DNA of 64,000 bases from Lama guanicoe (Eukaryota): the NCBI GenBank assembly GCA_013239625.1, contig MU053995.1, positions 62,001 through 126,000 of the forward strand, given 5' to 3'. The notes beneath the pieces are model-generated. The model ran no database searches. It had not been told where the DNA came from and saw nothing but the letters and a program-made list of their open reading frames with translations. Positions 29,241-43,400 of this stretch are shown piece by piece. Each line of letters begins with the position of its first letter. Positions within the stretch are counted from its first letter, which is position 1. The translations under genes and the position numbers were made by a program.

Positions 29241-32035
29241 TGCAGCTTTTTCTTAGGTAGGACTTTGAATATATCTTGCTTCTTCCTTCTGACCAGCAGT
29301 GTTTGTGTAGAAAAATCAGCTGAAAGCCTCACAAGGTTTCCCTTGTAAAGAACTCTATGTTTTTCTCTTACTGCTTTTAGAATCTTTCCTTTTATCTTTA
29401 AACTTGGCCATTGTAATTATGGCATGTCTTGATGTAAGTCTGTTTGGATTCTTCTAATTTGAGAACTTCTGTGCTTTCTATATTTGAATTTTTTTTCTTT
29501 CGGTTTGGAACATTTTCAGTCATGATTTCAAATACCATTTCAATTCCCTTTGCTCTTTCTTCCACTTCTGGGACCCGTATTTTTGTATAGGGTGGCATGT
29601 TTTATATGATTCCATAGGTCCCTCCTATTGCTTTTATGGTTTTATTTGCTTTACTGTTTGCTGTTTTAATTATGTGACTTCTGTTATCCTGTATTCTAAG
29701 GTACTTACTCATTCTTCTCCATTAATCTAGTCTGCTTTTAACTGCCTTTAACACGGCCTTTGTCTCAGCAAGTGAGTTTTCTCTTTTTGGTTGACTCTTC
29801 TTTAGAGTTTCAATTATCTTTTTTAAGTATTCTCTGTCTCTATTCATAGTCTCTTTTTGTTCCTTCAGTGCATTGATCATTCCCTTTTTGAAGTCATGAT
29901 CTAATAGACAATCAAGGTCTATTTCATTGATCATTCTTTCAGGGGATTTCTCTTGTTCTAATAGTTAATAGTTCCTTTGCTTCTTCATTTTATTTATATT
30001 TCTCTGGCTCTATGGATTTAGGAGTATCAGTTATCTACTATGGTCTTGGAGGGCTGTTTTATTATTATTTATTTGTTTTATTTAAAGTGGGTGCATTCCT
30101 GTGTACACTGTGTGGCGATGGCTGTTCTTAGGATGGTTGGTTGTCACATCTTTCTTCCATGCATGTTGGCTGTTATCCCTTTGATTGGGAGTGTGGTTGG
30201 TGTTGTGGTGGCCAGAGCCTGCCCTGATTGCTGTTGAGTGGGGCCTCCTTTTTTGCTCTGTGGTTGTCACAGCTCTAACAGGGTCCTGGTCTTCTCCTCT
30301 GTTGCTGGAATAGGGGCTTCTAGGCAAATTTCTGAGCTGTAGTATATAGTACACAGGGTTGGCACACTTCAGCTAGGAAGAAGAGAAGGCAGGAGATGTC
30401 CACTGGGATATGCCCTCTGGGGTGGTGTCTGTCAGTTGTTACACAGGCTTACAAAGTAGTTTTTGTTGATGCTATCCTTGTCTCCACTTTATCAGAGCCA
30501 TGTACTCTGATGTCCCCCAGGTTCTGAGCTCCAGGAACCATCAGTGCAGATCCACCAATGTTAGGCACTAGGACCTGCTGTAGCAAACATGCAGTCATGC
30601 ACCTGAATCCATGGTGCATCACAGAGTCAGTGCAGAATCCAGCTCCACCTTTGCAGATGGTATGCCATCCTGTTGTAAATACCCATCAAGGGTATTTACA
30701 AGGATATTTACAAGGTATTTACAAGGTTCGTCCCCACCTTGCATCAGCAATTTACTCACTGCCTGTTCATCCCTGATTCATGGGTCCACAAAGGGTCCAG
30801 AGAGAGCAAATGTGCTGTCTCTGCCTGGGGCTGTAAACAACTCTCAGTCCTGCCTGTGAAGCTGCAGGGCTGCAGGGTATGATTCAGCCTTCAACCTGCC
30901 TCTGTGCAACAGTGGTGGCTATGAGCAAGCCCCACCTCTCTTCTCACAGGAACACACCAACAATGGAGTTCAGCAGAAAGTGGCTATGGTGCAAGTGTGC
31001 TGCACCCCTCATCATCACACACACCAACAGTGGTCCATTTTTCATGTGGGTCTCAGGCTTTCCTGTTCCCCACAGAACCCCAGCCAGGGCTCACACTGCC
31101 CTCCAGTCCCCTGAGGCTGTCTCTGTGCAGTGTGCTCCAGCCCTCAGTCTGGGCTTCTCACCAATACCCAGGAGCCAGTTCCAGCTCATCCCTACCAGTT
31201 CATGTCTAGGGCCACAGCTCACAGGGAAGCTCCATGACAGTTTTCTTTAGTTCTGTCTGTCAAGTGGTTGCCACTTACTTCTCCAAATCTCATACAATCC
31301 ACTTCTGTCCTCACTGACCTCCCAGTTGGAGGGGGGATATCCCAGCCTGAGGGTGCGTTTTTTTCTTGCTACTCCTTCCCTGCAGGACCAGCCCTGCACT
31401 GATTTTTTTCTTTTCCATTTTTTCCTGTTACTGGATTTTGTGAGAATCCTGTTTTGAAGCAAGACACACTCTGCCAGATTTCTTAGGTGTTCTGTGCAAT
31501 TCAGTGGGTTTGTAGATTTAATTCTTAATATATTTGTAGGAGAGGACAAGCTATGAGTCTCTTTACTCCACCATCTTTACTCAACCCCCTGAGGATAGAA
31601 CATTTTCTCATTCTATGAGGCTAGCATTACCCTGGTACCCAGCCAGATAAAAATGTTAACAACAAAACTTCCAACAATTTGAAGATCAATATCCTTTATG
31701 AATATAGATGCAGAAATGAACAAAATACTTAAGAACTGAATCCAGCAGCATATTTAAAAGATCATTCACCATGACCAACTAGGATTTATTCCTGGAATGC
31801 AAGGCTTGTTTGATGTAGTAAAACCAATCAGTGTAATGTACCACCAGGTCTAAAGAATAAATAAAAAAAGCTATGTGATCCCTTAATGCATAGAAGCACT
31901 TGAAAAAAAAACACAATTTCATGATAAAATTGCTGAGAACTATGACTAAATAGGAACTTAAACATGATAAAGGGTTTTCATTATATCATCATTAACAAAT
32001 AACACAGTGTATCCCTTAGAATAAATATCAAGACA

Positions 32036-32400
32036 TGTTTATGCCCTGAACTGTGTTCCTTCAAAATACATTTTGAGATATTCTAAATCCAAGTACCTCA
32101 GAATCTGACTGTATTTAGAGATAGGCCCTTGAAAATGTAATTAGGTTTAAATGAAGCCAAGTAGATAGGCCCTAATCTAATATACAATGTTCTTATATGA
32201 AAAAGGGTAAAGGACACAGACATGCCCATATACAGTGGAATTTGAGGTTCCAGCAAAATGGCAATTATCCACCAGACAAGGGAAAAGACATCCAAAGAAT
32301 GCAAATCTGTTGACACATTGATCTTGGACTTTTAGCCACTAGAACTGTGGGGAAATAAGTTTCTGTTGTTCAAGCCATCTAGTATGTGGTAGAAAATGAA
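32036..32400 (+). mobile_element. MaLR solo LTR (MLT1A/B-like)
   Basis: tgaactgtgttccttcaaaat...gactgtatttagagatagg...ttggacttttagccactagaactgtg...aataagtttctgttgttcaagcca. Confidence 0.8.
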
Positions 32401-32646
32401 CACAATATTTATGCTTACGTTAACTGCTGGTATTCATCATTGTACTGTAAACTGTAGCTAGACACATGAGAAAGAGAAAAAAAGACATCAAATGTAGAGA
32501 CATAGGGTCATCTCTATTCAGAAAGAACATGATCTTATATACAGAAAATTCCAATGATTCCATCAAAACTACTGGAAGTAACAAATTCAGCAAAGTCAGT
32601 GTGTATTCAGGATACATGGTAAACACTCAAAAAATAGTTGTGTTTG

Positions 32647-32836
32647 CAAACATAGAATACAAACTTGTGATTGCCAGGGCAAGGAGGGTGGGAAGGTATT
32701 AATTCAGAGTTCCAGATTTGTAGATACTGACAGGTATATACAAAATAGATAAACAACTTTATACTGCATAGCACAGGGAATATATATTCAAGATCTTATA
32801 GTTGCTCATGGTGCAAAATAATATGAAATTTTTTTT
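32647..32836 (+). mobile_element. Short 5'-truncated young L1 3' UTR insert
   Basis: Same tail family as 21850-22070 in the opposite orientation; flanked by repeated ttgtgtttg. Confidence 0.75.
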
Positions 32837-34789
32837 AAAAATTGTGTTTGTATACACCAGCAGTTAATAATCAGTGAAATAAAGTAATAATTATGTTTAT
32901 AATAATATCCAAAAGACTAAAATACCTAAAAATAAATTCAACCAAGAAAGTGAAAACTATAAAATATTGTTGAAAAATTAAAGATGTACAAAATGGAAAG
33001 ACATCCTATATTCATGATTAGACCACTTAATCTTGTTATAAAGGCAAACTGTCTAGAGTGATATAGTGTCCAGAAAATTGAATCATTATAGTAGTGACTT
33101 TCTATTTTTTTGCTGAAAACCTGATACTCAAATGGCATTGCAAGGACTAAATGGTTAAAATGATCTTGAAATAGGAGAATAAAATTGGAGAAGCTCACAC
33201 TTCAGATTTCAAAAATACTAGAAAGTTACAGTAATCTGATTAGTGTAGTATTTTTATGATGATAGACATACCATTAAACAGGAATTGAGTTCAGAAATAA
33301 GCCAGTACATCATTGATTATTTAACCCTTACACAAAACAAAATGGGAAAAGAACAGCCTCTTCAAAAGTGGTTGGTGAAAACTGGATACAAATATCTAAA
33401 ATGACATTTAACCCCCTATCTCTGAACATATACAAAAATTAAACCAAAATGGAACAATTATCTAAACAAAAAACTAAAATCTTTAAACTCTTAGTAGAAG
33501 TCAAAGTTGTAAATCTTCATAATGTAGTGTTTGGAAATAGATTTTGAGATATAGCATTGAAAGGAAGAGCAAACATGAAAAAAGATCAATTAGATTTTAT
33601 TAAAGTTATAGTATTTTGTGCATCAACAGGCACTATCAAGATGAAAACTCAATCTTCATAATGCGAGAAATAATAGTATATATGATGAGTCTAGTGTTCA
33701 GAATATGTAAAGAACATATACACACAATAAAATACACACAAAATAACAAGCTAATGAAAAAAATGGGCAAATGTCTTTAGTATAGACATTTCCCCAAAGA
33801 ATACAGATATATAAATGACCCATAAGCATACAACAGGATGCCAAGATCATTTTGTAAGCAGAGAAATACAAATCAAAACATGAGATACCATTTCATAGCA
33901 AATTACATAGGTTAATGTTTTTTAATAGTAATTTCTGTCATGTATGTGAAGTAATTAGAACACTTGTACATTGCTGATGGGAAGGTAAAAGGTTTCCACT
34001 GCTTTAGAAATCAGTTCCTTAAAATTCCGATAAAGGCATTATTTACAACACTTAAATGTATAAACAACCCAAATGACCAACAATATAGGAATAGGTAAAT
34101 AAAATGTGGTATGTATATACAATGGAATATTTCTGAGCCACAAAAATTAATAAACCAATGATACACACTGCACAACAATGTGAATAAAATTTAAATACAT
34201 ATGTAGTGAACAAAGCCAGTGACAAATGATCACATGTATATGACTATATTTATATAAAATATTCTTAATAGGTGAATGCATGGAGATAGAAATCAAATTG
34301 GTGGGTTCCAATGTACGGGAAGAGGGAGTAATGAAAATAACAACTTAATGGGTTTGTAAATGTTTGGTAGAATAATGAAAATGTTCTGGAACTTCATATT
34401 CAGAGGAGGGCATTTGCACAATCTTGTAAATGTATCAAATGACAGTGAATTGTACAGTTTACGATGGTTAATTTTTATATTATGTGAATCTCACCTCAAC
34501 AGCAAGAACAAATTGAAGTATGCAAAGTTCAGTCTCGATTTCAGAAAAAGGGGGTAAGAAGAAGGAAGCGGCATAGGTGGGATATAGGATACCTAGAAGA
34601 ATAAGTGGGCAGAAGAAGAAGGATTAAATGGCTGTGATGAATGTTTCAGTTTTCCGTATACAATTGTAATAGGGCATGTTGTATTAGTTCTTAGTTATCA
34701 AAACTATCAAAATTGCCTACGTTCACTCTCAAAGAGTTCTGGTTTGGGCCAAAAATGATTACCCTGATAAAAGTCAAATAAGATAAAGT

Positions 34790-35130
34790 CTAAAAACTTA
34801 TCAGAGGAATTAGCAATATCCAGATTGTTGGTAGTCTTAATAAGACCAGAGTTGATGAAGTGATGAGGGCAAAATCTCATTAAAGCCAGTTAAAGAAAGA
34901 CTAGGAGGAGAGAAAAGGAAGCAATTTTTAAAAGGAATTTTTTATTATGAAAAGGAGGGAAAAAAAGAAATACAGGCTAAAAAAGAAGAGCTCAAGAATT
35001 TTGTTTTGTATAGTGGGAGGCATAACACCATGTTTTTATGAGAATTATACAGTTGGGAAGGGAAAAGACTTGATTTATAGAACAATAGACTGAGCAATGT
35101 TCTTCAGTGGGCAAAAAAGAAAGGAACCTA
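34790..35130 (-). mobile_element. L2 LINE fragment
   Basis: Purine-rich stretch resembling the antisense L2 consensus (from memory). Confidence 0.5.
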
Positions 35131-35664
35131 CAGCATTGTGAATACAGGCAAGCTATGATAACCAGTGAGATATTTTAAGTAAAGAGCAATTAAAGAGAAG
35201 GGGAAAGAAATGGAATCAAACAGAAGATCATAAAAATATGAGGGAACAGTTTTGTTTGGCTGGAATTCAGGATTTGTGGTAAGGATGTACATGGGAGGGT
35301 ATTGAATCAAATCAAGGAAAGACTAGGGACTTCTGGACCTGACATGTCTCAATTAATGTAAAAAGTAATGGACTTTTTTTTCTTTTACTTTACAAAATAG
35401 GGAAGGGACAGGTGAAGAGATGAAATTACAACAGGCAAGAAAGGAAAATAATACCAGCATCTGTTAGTCACTAACAATGAATGTCTTGGGGGAGTCAAGG
35501 AGCATTTCAAAAGCACATGGATGAGATTAAGACCAAGAACTTTGGGTCTTCACAAAACTTCCCATTGCTCCCTAAATGAAGAGTGGATTTTTACTGCATT
35601 TGTTTACTTGACATTAAAAAAAGTGACTGTTTTTACTGTTCCTGTTCTGTTTTTATCTTTCAAA

Positions 35665-38450
35665 AAATTTTTTTAATGTTATTAAATATATGTAACACAA
35701 AATTTAACTTTTTAAACATTTAAACATAAGTGTACAGCTTAGTGGTATTAAGTATATTTTCAGACTTCTGGTAAACCATAATCACAATGAATCTGCAAAA
35801 TTTTTTCCAAACTGAAAATCTGTATCTGTTCAATAATAATTCCGCATTCTTTTCTCTTCTGAGCTTCTGGAGATGAAATTCTCCTTTTTGTCTCTACAAG
35901 TTTAATTACTCCAAGTACCTTATATTTTGTCCTTTTGATTCTGGCTTCACATAGAATAATGTCTTCAGGGCTTATACATGTTATCAGGATTCCCTTTCTT
36001 TAAAAGACAAATCATATTCCATTGTATAGTATGCCACATTTATTTCATTCATTTATCCATTGATGGGCAGTTGAGAATTTTTGTTGATGGAAATCTTTTG
36101 ACTATTGTTGATGATGCTGCTATAAATATTGTTGTAAAAATATCTGAGTCCCTACTTCAGATATTTTTAGTGTATTCTTTGGTGCTTAACTGGGAATTAC
36201 TAAAACATGTAATTCTGTACCTAACTTTTTTGAGGAACAACCATACTCTTTTCCGTGAAGCTGTACCTTTGGTTCTCCTGCCAAAAATACACAATTTTGA
36301 AAAGTTTTGTCAGATCCTTGCTAAATTTTATAATTCTTTCTTTGTTTTTTTTTGTTTCATGACTGAAAATTATCTTATTTTTATTTTATTTCATAATTAA
36401 AGATGGTAAGCCTCTTTCCATATGCTTATTGGTCATGATATATATCCTTTGGAGAAATATCTGTTTGAATCCTTTGCCTATTATTAATTCAAGGTTTTTA
36501 AAATTTTTCTTTATATAATCAAGATGGCAGACCATTATCTGATATATGATTTGAAGAAATTTTCTCCCATTCTTTGGGTTGTGTTTTCACTCTGATAATA
36601 ATGTCCTTTGGTGTACAAAAATTTTCTAATTTTGAAGAAGTCCAGTTTCTTTTTCTTTTTCCTTTTTTTTTTGCTTGAGTTTCTGGTGTCATATATTTTT
36701 AAAAAAATCACTGTGAAATCCATTGTCATGAAGTTTTCTCCTTGTTTTCTCTTAAAAGTTTTCTATCTTTGGCTTTTGATCAATTTGAAGTTAATTCCTA
36801 TATGCACTGTTAAGAAAGTGTCCAATTTTGTGGGTTTTTTTTTTAATGGGGATACCTAGTTCCCAGTGACATATGTTGAAAAGAGTGTCATTTACATATT
36901 GAATGGGCTTATCATCCCTGTCAAAAATCACCTGGCTACCTATTCAAGACTTTATCTCTGGGATCTCTTTTGTATTCCCTTTGTCCATAGGTCTGGTCTT
37001 ATGCTAGATCCACACTATTTGATTACTATAACTTTGGATTAAGGTCTGAAATCAGAATGAGTGAGTTCTTCACATTTTTTTCTTTTTTCAAGATATTTTT
37101 AACTTTTGGAATTCCTTTAAGTTCTATATAAATTTTAGAAAGAATATTACTATTTCTAAAAAGAAAAACAACAAGATTTTGATAGAAATTTCACCGAATC
37201 TATAGATTACTTGGACTGGTATTTATATAGTTACAATATTAACTTCTGATACATGAACATGATTACTTTCTATTTATATGTTTAATTTTTTCAACAATGT
37301 TTTATAGTTTTCAGGGCACATCTTTTATTTCTTGGTTAAATTAATTCCCTTTTTTTGATGCTATTGTAAATAGAATTTTCTCCAAATATACTTTTTTTTA
37401 ATTGTTCATTGTTTGAGTCTAGAAATTCAAGTGATTTTTGTATGTTGATTTTGTTTGCTGCATATTTACTGAATTCTTTTATTAGTTCCAACAGCATATC
37501 TAAGTTTAAGATCATGTCATATGCTAATAGATAATTTTACTTTTTCTTTTCCAATTTAGATGCATATCTGTTTCCTTTTCTCTGTAGTTGCTCTGGCTAA
37601 GAGATCCAATTCTATATTGTATAAAAGTGGTGAAGTGCACATCTTTGTCTCTTTTTTCCCCTTTAGTGTTAGAGAAGAACTCTCAGTCTCATGTCACTGA
37701 GTATGGTATCTGTTCTTTCTTCATATATGGCTTTTATTATGTTTAGGTAGTTTTTTAATAGTCCTACTTTGTTGAGTGATTTTCTTATAAAAGAGTGTTG
37801 ATCAAATGCATTGTCAATGTCTTTTTTGCATCAGCTGAGATAAACTAGTGTTCTCTTTTTATTAATATGATTCATTATATTGAGTGATTTTCTATGATGA
37901 ATTATCCTTAGATTCCACATATAAGTTCCTTTCAATCAGAAAAGATACTTTGTATGATTTTAGTCTTCTTAAATGTATTAAGATTTGTGTGTAACTTAGC
38001 ATATGGTTCCTCCAAAAGAATGTTCCATGAGGAAAACCTGTATTCTGCTGTTTTTGGATAGAGTGTTCTTTATGTTTATAAGGCTCAGTTGAATTTAAGT
38101 GTTATGTACATTCCCTGTTTCATCAGGGATCTTCTCTGGTTCATTTATGCATAAAAGTGGTATATTGGAGAGCTTTCTAACATTATTTAGAGTTAAGCAT
38201 TTCTCCCTTCAATTTTTATCAATGCTTACTTAAATATTTTAAAGCTCTGATGTTTGGTGAACATATGTTTATAATCATAATATTTTATTGGTGAAATATC
38301 CCTTTTATCGATCTATAATATTTCCCTTTGTTTCTTGTAACAGTTTTGACTTAATATATATTTGTCTGAAAGTACATAGCCTTTATTGCTTTTCTTTTGG
38401 TGACTATTTGCAAGGAATAACTTTTTCTACCCTTTTGCTGTTGAATGCAT
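35665..38450 (-). mobile_element. Old LINE-1 fragments (3' UTR/ORF2 and EN region)
   Basis: Antisense L1 motifs throughout. Confidence 0.85.
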
Positions 38451-40339
38451 ACCTCTAAGGATAAAGGGGAACTATTGTACTGGCTTCTGACATCACCATT
38501 ATCAACATTCTTGTCTTCCTCCTCCTAAGTAACACTCATCGAGCAAGTTCTACATGCTACATGCCTTGCTGAAACTTTATACATGATTGTAGCAGGCTGG
38601 GTTCAAAGATATTTGCTAGAAGATAAAGCCAAGAGTTCAGGAATAGATTTCTAGAGATAGTCATACCACTATCTATTAGTTTATTAATCCAGTTGTTTTC
38701 CAATTTATGTTTCTTTTGAAGTGTTGACCTTAACCTTAGTCTTTAAAGTGTTTCCCAATAACAGTAATTACAAGGCAGTATTTTCATGAACCACAAAAAG
38801 CAAACAGGAGAGAATATAGTCTGAATCCTGGCCAGAAAATCTTAACATTATTGGAAACATTAAGAGACATTTCATTGGTATGGCATAAATGATGAATATT
38901 CTGTAATTGATGTCATTACCCATAGGGTTGATTATAACCCACAACTGAAAAACATATTCCACGAACAAGTGCCTTTGCACTAGAGGTAGATGGTCTCAGA
39001 GTTGGTTAATTCAGGGATACAAGAAGGCTATCTAAAAAGTAGAGGGAATTTGATCAGGAATTATCACAACTTGGCAATCACACTCTCAGCATTACATCTT
39101 CAAATAAATAGATCTTCATCTAAGAGATATTCCTGTTAGCTTCATTCATTGTCCAGGTTCTACCATAAGGCCTCCCTTAATCAATCACCAGCAAGATGAA
39201 TAGAGTTACGATAATCAATGTTATACTTTGCATGGAGGAGAGACTTTCCCTGGGACAGGGGAGGAGGCTCCTCTCTCTTGACCTCATGGAATTCCAAATG
39301 CTGGAATTAATTACATCTTTTGCAACAACAAGGAATGAAAGATGAGGAAAGCTGTTGGACCTGTGCCTAATGATGTCTACGATATTTTCCAGAGCATTTT
39401 GACTATATATCTATCATATTCTCTGTACACTTATTTTATCCCTGTGGTAGATTCTAGATTCTTTAAGGATGGGGACTTACTATTTTTAAGAGGACATAGA
39501 ATCGTGTCTTGCCCTAGAAGGTGGTTAATAAATATTTACCATTTTGATTAAAGCACCCCTGTGTCAATTTATTAAAAGCTTTCATTCGTGTTTTATTGAA
39601 TCTAAAGATTTAAAACTCAAATTATCTGTTTTAATATCAACATCCTCCCAATAAAGTTATGTTTATTCATTATGGGACATAATTGAGTCCTTAACTATAA
39701 CAAAATTATGGCAGGTAATATGTAATGTAAAACCTGCAAAGACGGTTTACAATTCTGTGTGAGTACAGAAGAAAAAAAAGATTTAAAATTAAAAATAGGA
39801 CAGAAAGAAATTTCACTTTTAGTCCATTTGTGTATCTGTTAACATTTGAAGATTATAAAATAGAATTTATCATGTTAAAAGTAATGAAGTGAAATAAATA
39901 ACTTGTATGTAAATTTTATATTTTTAAATTTAATTAAAATTTTCTTTGCAAAGCTAATTAAGTAATTTTAAGTTTGGTGTATTATTTAGCATATTACATA
40001 ATTTTATTTAACATATTTTTCACTTGAATCAGAAGCATCAAAAGATCAGATTTTGACAAATAACATTAAGTATAAAACCAGCGTTCCAAGTCTTAATTCA
40101 TCTTGTATATATTTCTCAAGAATTTAGTTTGAGTGACTACAAAGTCACAGATTTTTTTACTTTATCATATATAAATGTTAACATGCATAAACTAACATAT
40201 AAAAACAGGTTTGAGGCTAGTATATTTTAAATTTTTTTAAAAAATTGCTTGCCACACCACCAGTTTTGTATGGTACAAGCTATATGTTCCCTCAAGTGAC
40301 ATGAAATTTTGTATTTAATTCAAAAATAATACACAGATA

Positions 40340-40496
40340 ATTTTAAAAACATTTTATTGGATTCTAATGGTACTTATTTTAGTTACAGAATTTACTAGTA
40401 AACTTATTGTAGGCACAAATCAATATGTTCTTGTGACATTCCTAAGAGCAACTGAAATATCTAATTTAATTCTCTCATTTTTCTGATCTTTTAATC
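40340..40496 (-). CDS. AMELY: Amelogenin exon 7 (GAT TAA at 40496-40491, then 3' UTR)
   Basis: ttttttcag|GATTAAAAGATCAGAAAAATGAGAG...; 3' end approximate. Confidence 0.92.
40353..40358 (-). terminator. Polyadenylation signal AATAAA of amelogenin
   Basis: tttatt on the + strand, about 135 nt after the stop codon. Confidence 0.75.
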
Positions 40497-43400
40497 CTGA
40501 AAAAAAAAAATAGCAAAAGGAACATTTAAGATAATATTGCTACAAAATGCCATGTACAATAACATATACATCTTCCATCTTACTGAAAAAATATGCCACA
40601 TGAAAGCTGCGAGCTTTACAAGCTCCAAAAGTTCTTTATTATTTCACTGTCATGAGGTATGGAGGTGTCCATGAACATAGTTAATGCCTTCAGGACTTTA
40701 TATAATATTAAAAAAAAATAGCCATCTTTCTTTGAGTATCTCCTGCCTGCCAGAAACTCAATTAATCATTTTAGATTATTTTCTGTAAACAGTTCTAAGA
40801 AAGTCCATGTATATCTAATTTTACACATGCAGAAACAAAGTTTTAAAGGGTATAAACTTTCTAACTAAAATCATTTATCCATAAATAGCTTGGACAGTAT
40901 GAACACACTGTACAATCCCTAGCCATATTTATTAACAAACCAATAAAGATATATATTTTCTATTTAATGAGAGAACATGCAGCTTGGACTGAAATCATTA
41001 ACTAAGGGTACTACAGTATTTAGGATAGTGTTCCATATTTTTCATAAATTATGGAACTCACAATTATGAAACTCTATTTGTATATATGTATTTTTGCTTG
41101 ACCAATTACTTTTAATAAAAATATTTTTATTACTTGAATGATTTTGGCTAATTTTTAAACAATTAATTTTTTAATTTACTATTTGTACTAACAGTACAAA
41201 TACTTAAACAGAGCCTTTAAAATTATCTGATCCAGTTACAGTCCCCTGTTTTAGAAACAGAAAAATAAACACCTATAAATTTGAAAGAATCATTTTCTTC
41301 CTTTGAGCAAGGGCAACCCAAGAATCCACATGTCTTGACCATACATTCCAGTCACCTCACCCCTCACTGTTTCTAAGTAGCTAATCACTAACAGCATTTG
41401 TAGATTGTAAACTTATATAAACTCATATATGAAGCAAGAACGGTTTATAAGAATGAAATCAGTAAGTGTATCGGTTATTTCTCATTTATTTGTAAAAGTT
41501 TCTTATAATGAAATGAGATTTTGAGCTAACTTGTAAAAAAAACTCTTATTATAATTTTATGTTTAATCCCAGCAATGAAATGGAATCTATACATTTGTGT
41601 AATTTAGCCGCCTTCAAATTACATTAAAAACCACCTCATGCAGATAATATTCCCTTATGTATATTTAAACAGTTTTTCCAACCACCATTTTTTAAACTGT
41701 TCTGATACCTGCATCTCCTCACATCCAAAAGTACTCTTTTCAGTGTAATTCTGGCCTACCTTTGCTGGTCAAACTGTTGAAAGATAACTATTGTCCTTAA
41801 AATGAGTGTATTTCAGTAATTCATATTGTGGCTGGAATTCAAAATAACTGTAGATTTTGCACCCACAATAAATATGCCATATTGATAAACAAACTCATTT
41901 ATAATATAAACTTACAACACACGCTTGGATTAATACACTCATTGAACGTAGCTACTGAAACTCTAGCCCCAGGATTGTTTGAGAATTTAGAACTCTGGGG
42001 GCCAGTTTTGCTTTACCGTTTTCACATGTGTTGTAGTGACTTCAAGGTGTACTCACCACTTCCTCCCGCTTGCTCTTGTCTGTTGATGGCCAAGCTTCCA
42101 GAGGCAGGTCAGGAAGCATGGGAGGCAGAGGCTGCATGGGGAACATCGGAGGCAGAGGTGGCTGTGGCGGCAAGGGCTGGATGGGGTGCACGGGCTGGGG
42201 CTGCATGGGCTGGTGAGGCTGCGGCTGGACGGGCTGGGGCTGGTAGGGCTGCTGGGCGGGCACTGGGAAGTTTGGCTGGTGGTGTTGGGTTGGAGTCATG
42301 GAGTGCTGGCCAGGAACTGGCATCAGTGGTTGCTGGGGGACCACGGGCTGCTGAGCTGGCACCATGGGGATGTGGTGATGAGGTTGCAGGGCGTGATTCT
42401 GGGGAGTCTGCTGGGACACCACGGGAATGATTTGGTGGTGCAGCCATCCACCCATGGGTTCGTAACCATAGGAAGGGTACTGGTGAGAAACAAAGAGTCA
42501 GCTTTACCATCGGCTCCATTCACTTCCAGCTGGAGAAGTAGCTATGTTTTCTGTGTCATTATGACAATATTAATACTTATTCATTTCTTCCTGTGCAAGA
42601 ATTTCTAACTGTGTATACAGATACGACGTTCTTCAAACTAGATTTCCCATTAGTGTCTATATGTGGCATAGATATGTTACCTCACTTAAAAGGGAATTGA
42701 AATGCATGCTTTATATTTTAAGGGAATAAAAAACAAAAAATCTACATACCGGATGTCTCATTATGTTCGGGTACCATTTCACAGGGGTAAGCACCTTAAG
42801 AGAAAGAGACATTAGAATACATTTGTTTTAATTCATTTACATGAAACATAGACTCACTAATGCAGTCCTGTCAATACTGATAGCCTGAAAATATGAGTTC
42901 TATGGAAGAAAGAATAAGGTCAACATTTGGCAGGTGCTTCCTATGTGCCAGGCACTACCTTACATCCAGCATACACATTTTTCATGTTCTCTCACATACT
43001 CTGAGGCAAGTATCATCACCCTCACTTTTACAGACAAGGTCATGGAGAATTAAAGAGGTACACGAGCTTGACTGAGTAGTAAGCCTGTTTAATTCTGCAG
43101 CTCCTGCTCTTCTTTGCAAGAAAAAACAAAACAGAAAATTAATGTGATGTAACATTCATTACATCCTTTTTTGATCTGATGTCACAATGAAAAAATTAAA
43201 GGAGGCAGAAACTGTCCTTCATCCTAGAAACACAGGTTTTTTAGTCAAATATGTCAACTGTTTAAGGTTTAACAGAAAATCTTGCCTCAAATTCTTCTTA
43301 ACACTTTTCTTCACCTTGTATGAGTAAACATACATGCGGATTGTCATCTGAACCTTTGAAAGAATTAAGAGTTTCCTTCCTTTCTAAATAGCATATATTT

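Larger units (their letters stand above)
16350..31590 (-). mobile_element. Near full-length LINE-1 (outer), pieces 16350-20785 and 29241-31590
   Basis: 3' tail at about 16350-16400; ORF2 fragments ([25 protein letters not shown]); ORF1 at 29241-29990; GC-rich 5' UTR. Confidence 0.92.
15160..34510 (+). mobile_element. Old LINE-1 (ORF2 and 3' UTR) split by nested insertions; pieces 15160-16349 and 31591-34510
   Basis: ORF2 continues across the insert: ...gaagagaaaacactttctc [insert] gaacattttctcattctatgaggctagcattaccctg. Confidence 0.85.

Noticed and set aside
30687..30726. Short tandem repeat of about 12 bp (caagg(g/a)tattta)
   Set aside because: About three copies with no spacers; local slippage in an L1 UTR, not a CRISPR-like array
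27982..31549. Clusters of 100-158-aa ORFs in GC-rich segments
   Set aside because: They lie in L1 5' UTRs and are expected from base composition; no recognisable protein. An ORF0-like antisense ORF cannot be supported without a family consensus.
42042..42056. C-terminus EEVVSTP* in the ORF track
   Set aside because: Read-through into intron 6; a canonical gtgagt donor and exon 7 (D*) are present
41828..42608. 200-aa and 140-aa + strand ORFs, and alternative-frame ORFs over exon 6
   Set aside because: Antisense or frame shadows of the CAG/CCN-rich amelogenin exon, which naturally lacks stops; no independent gene signals
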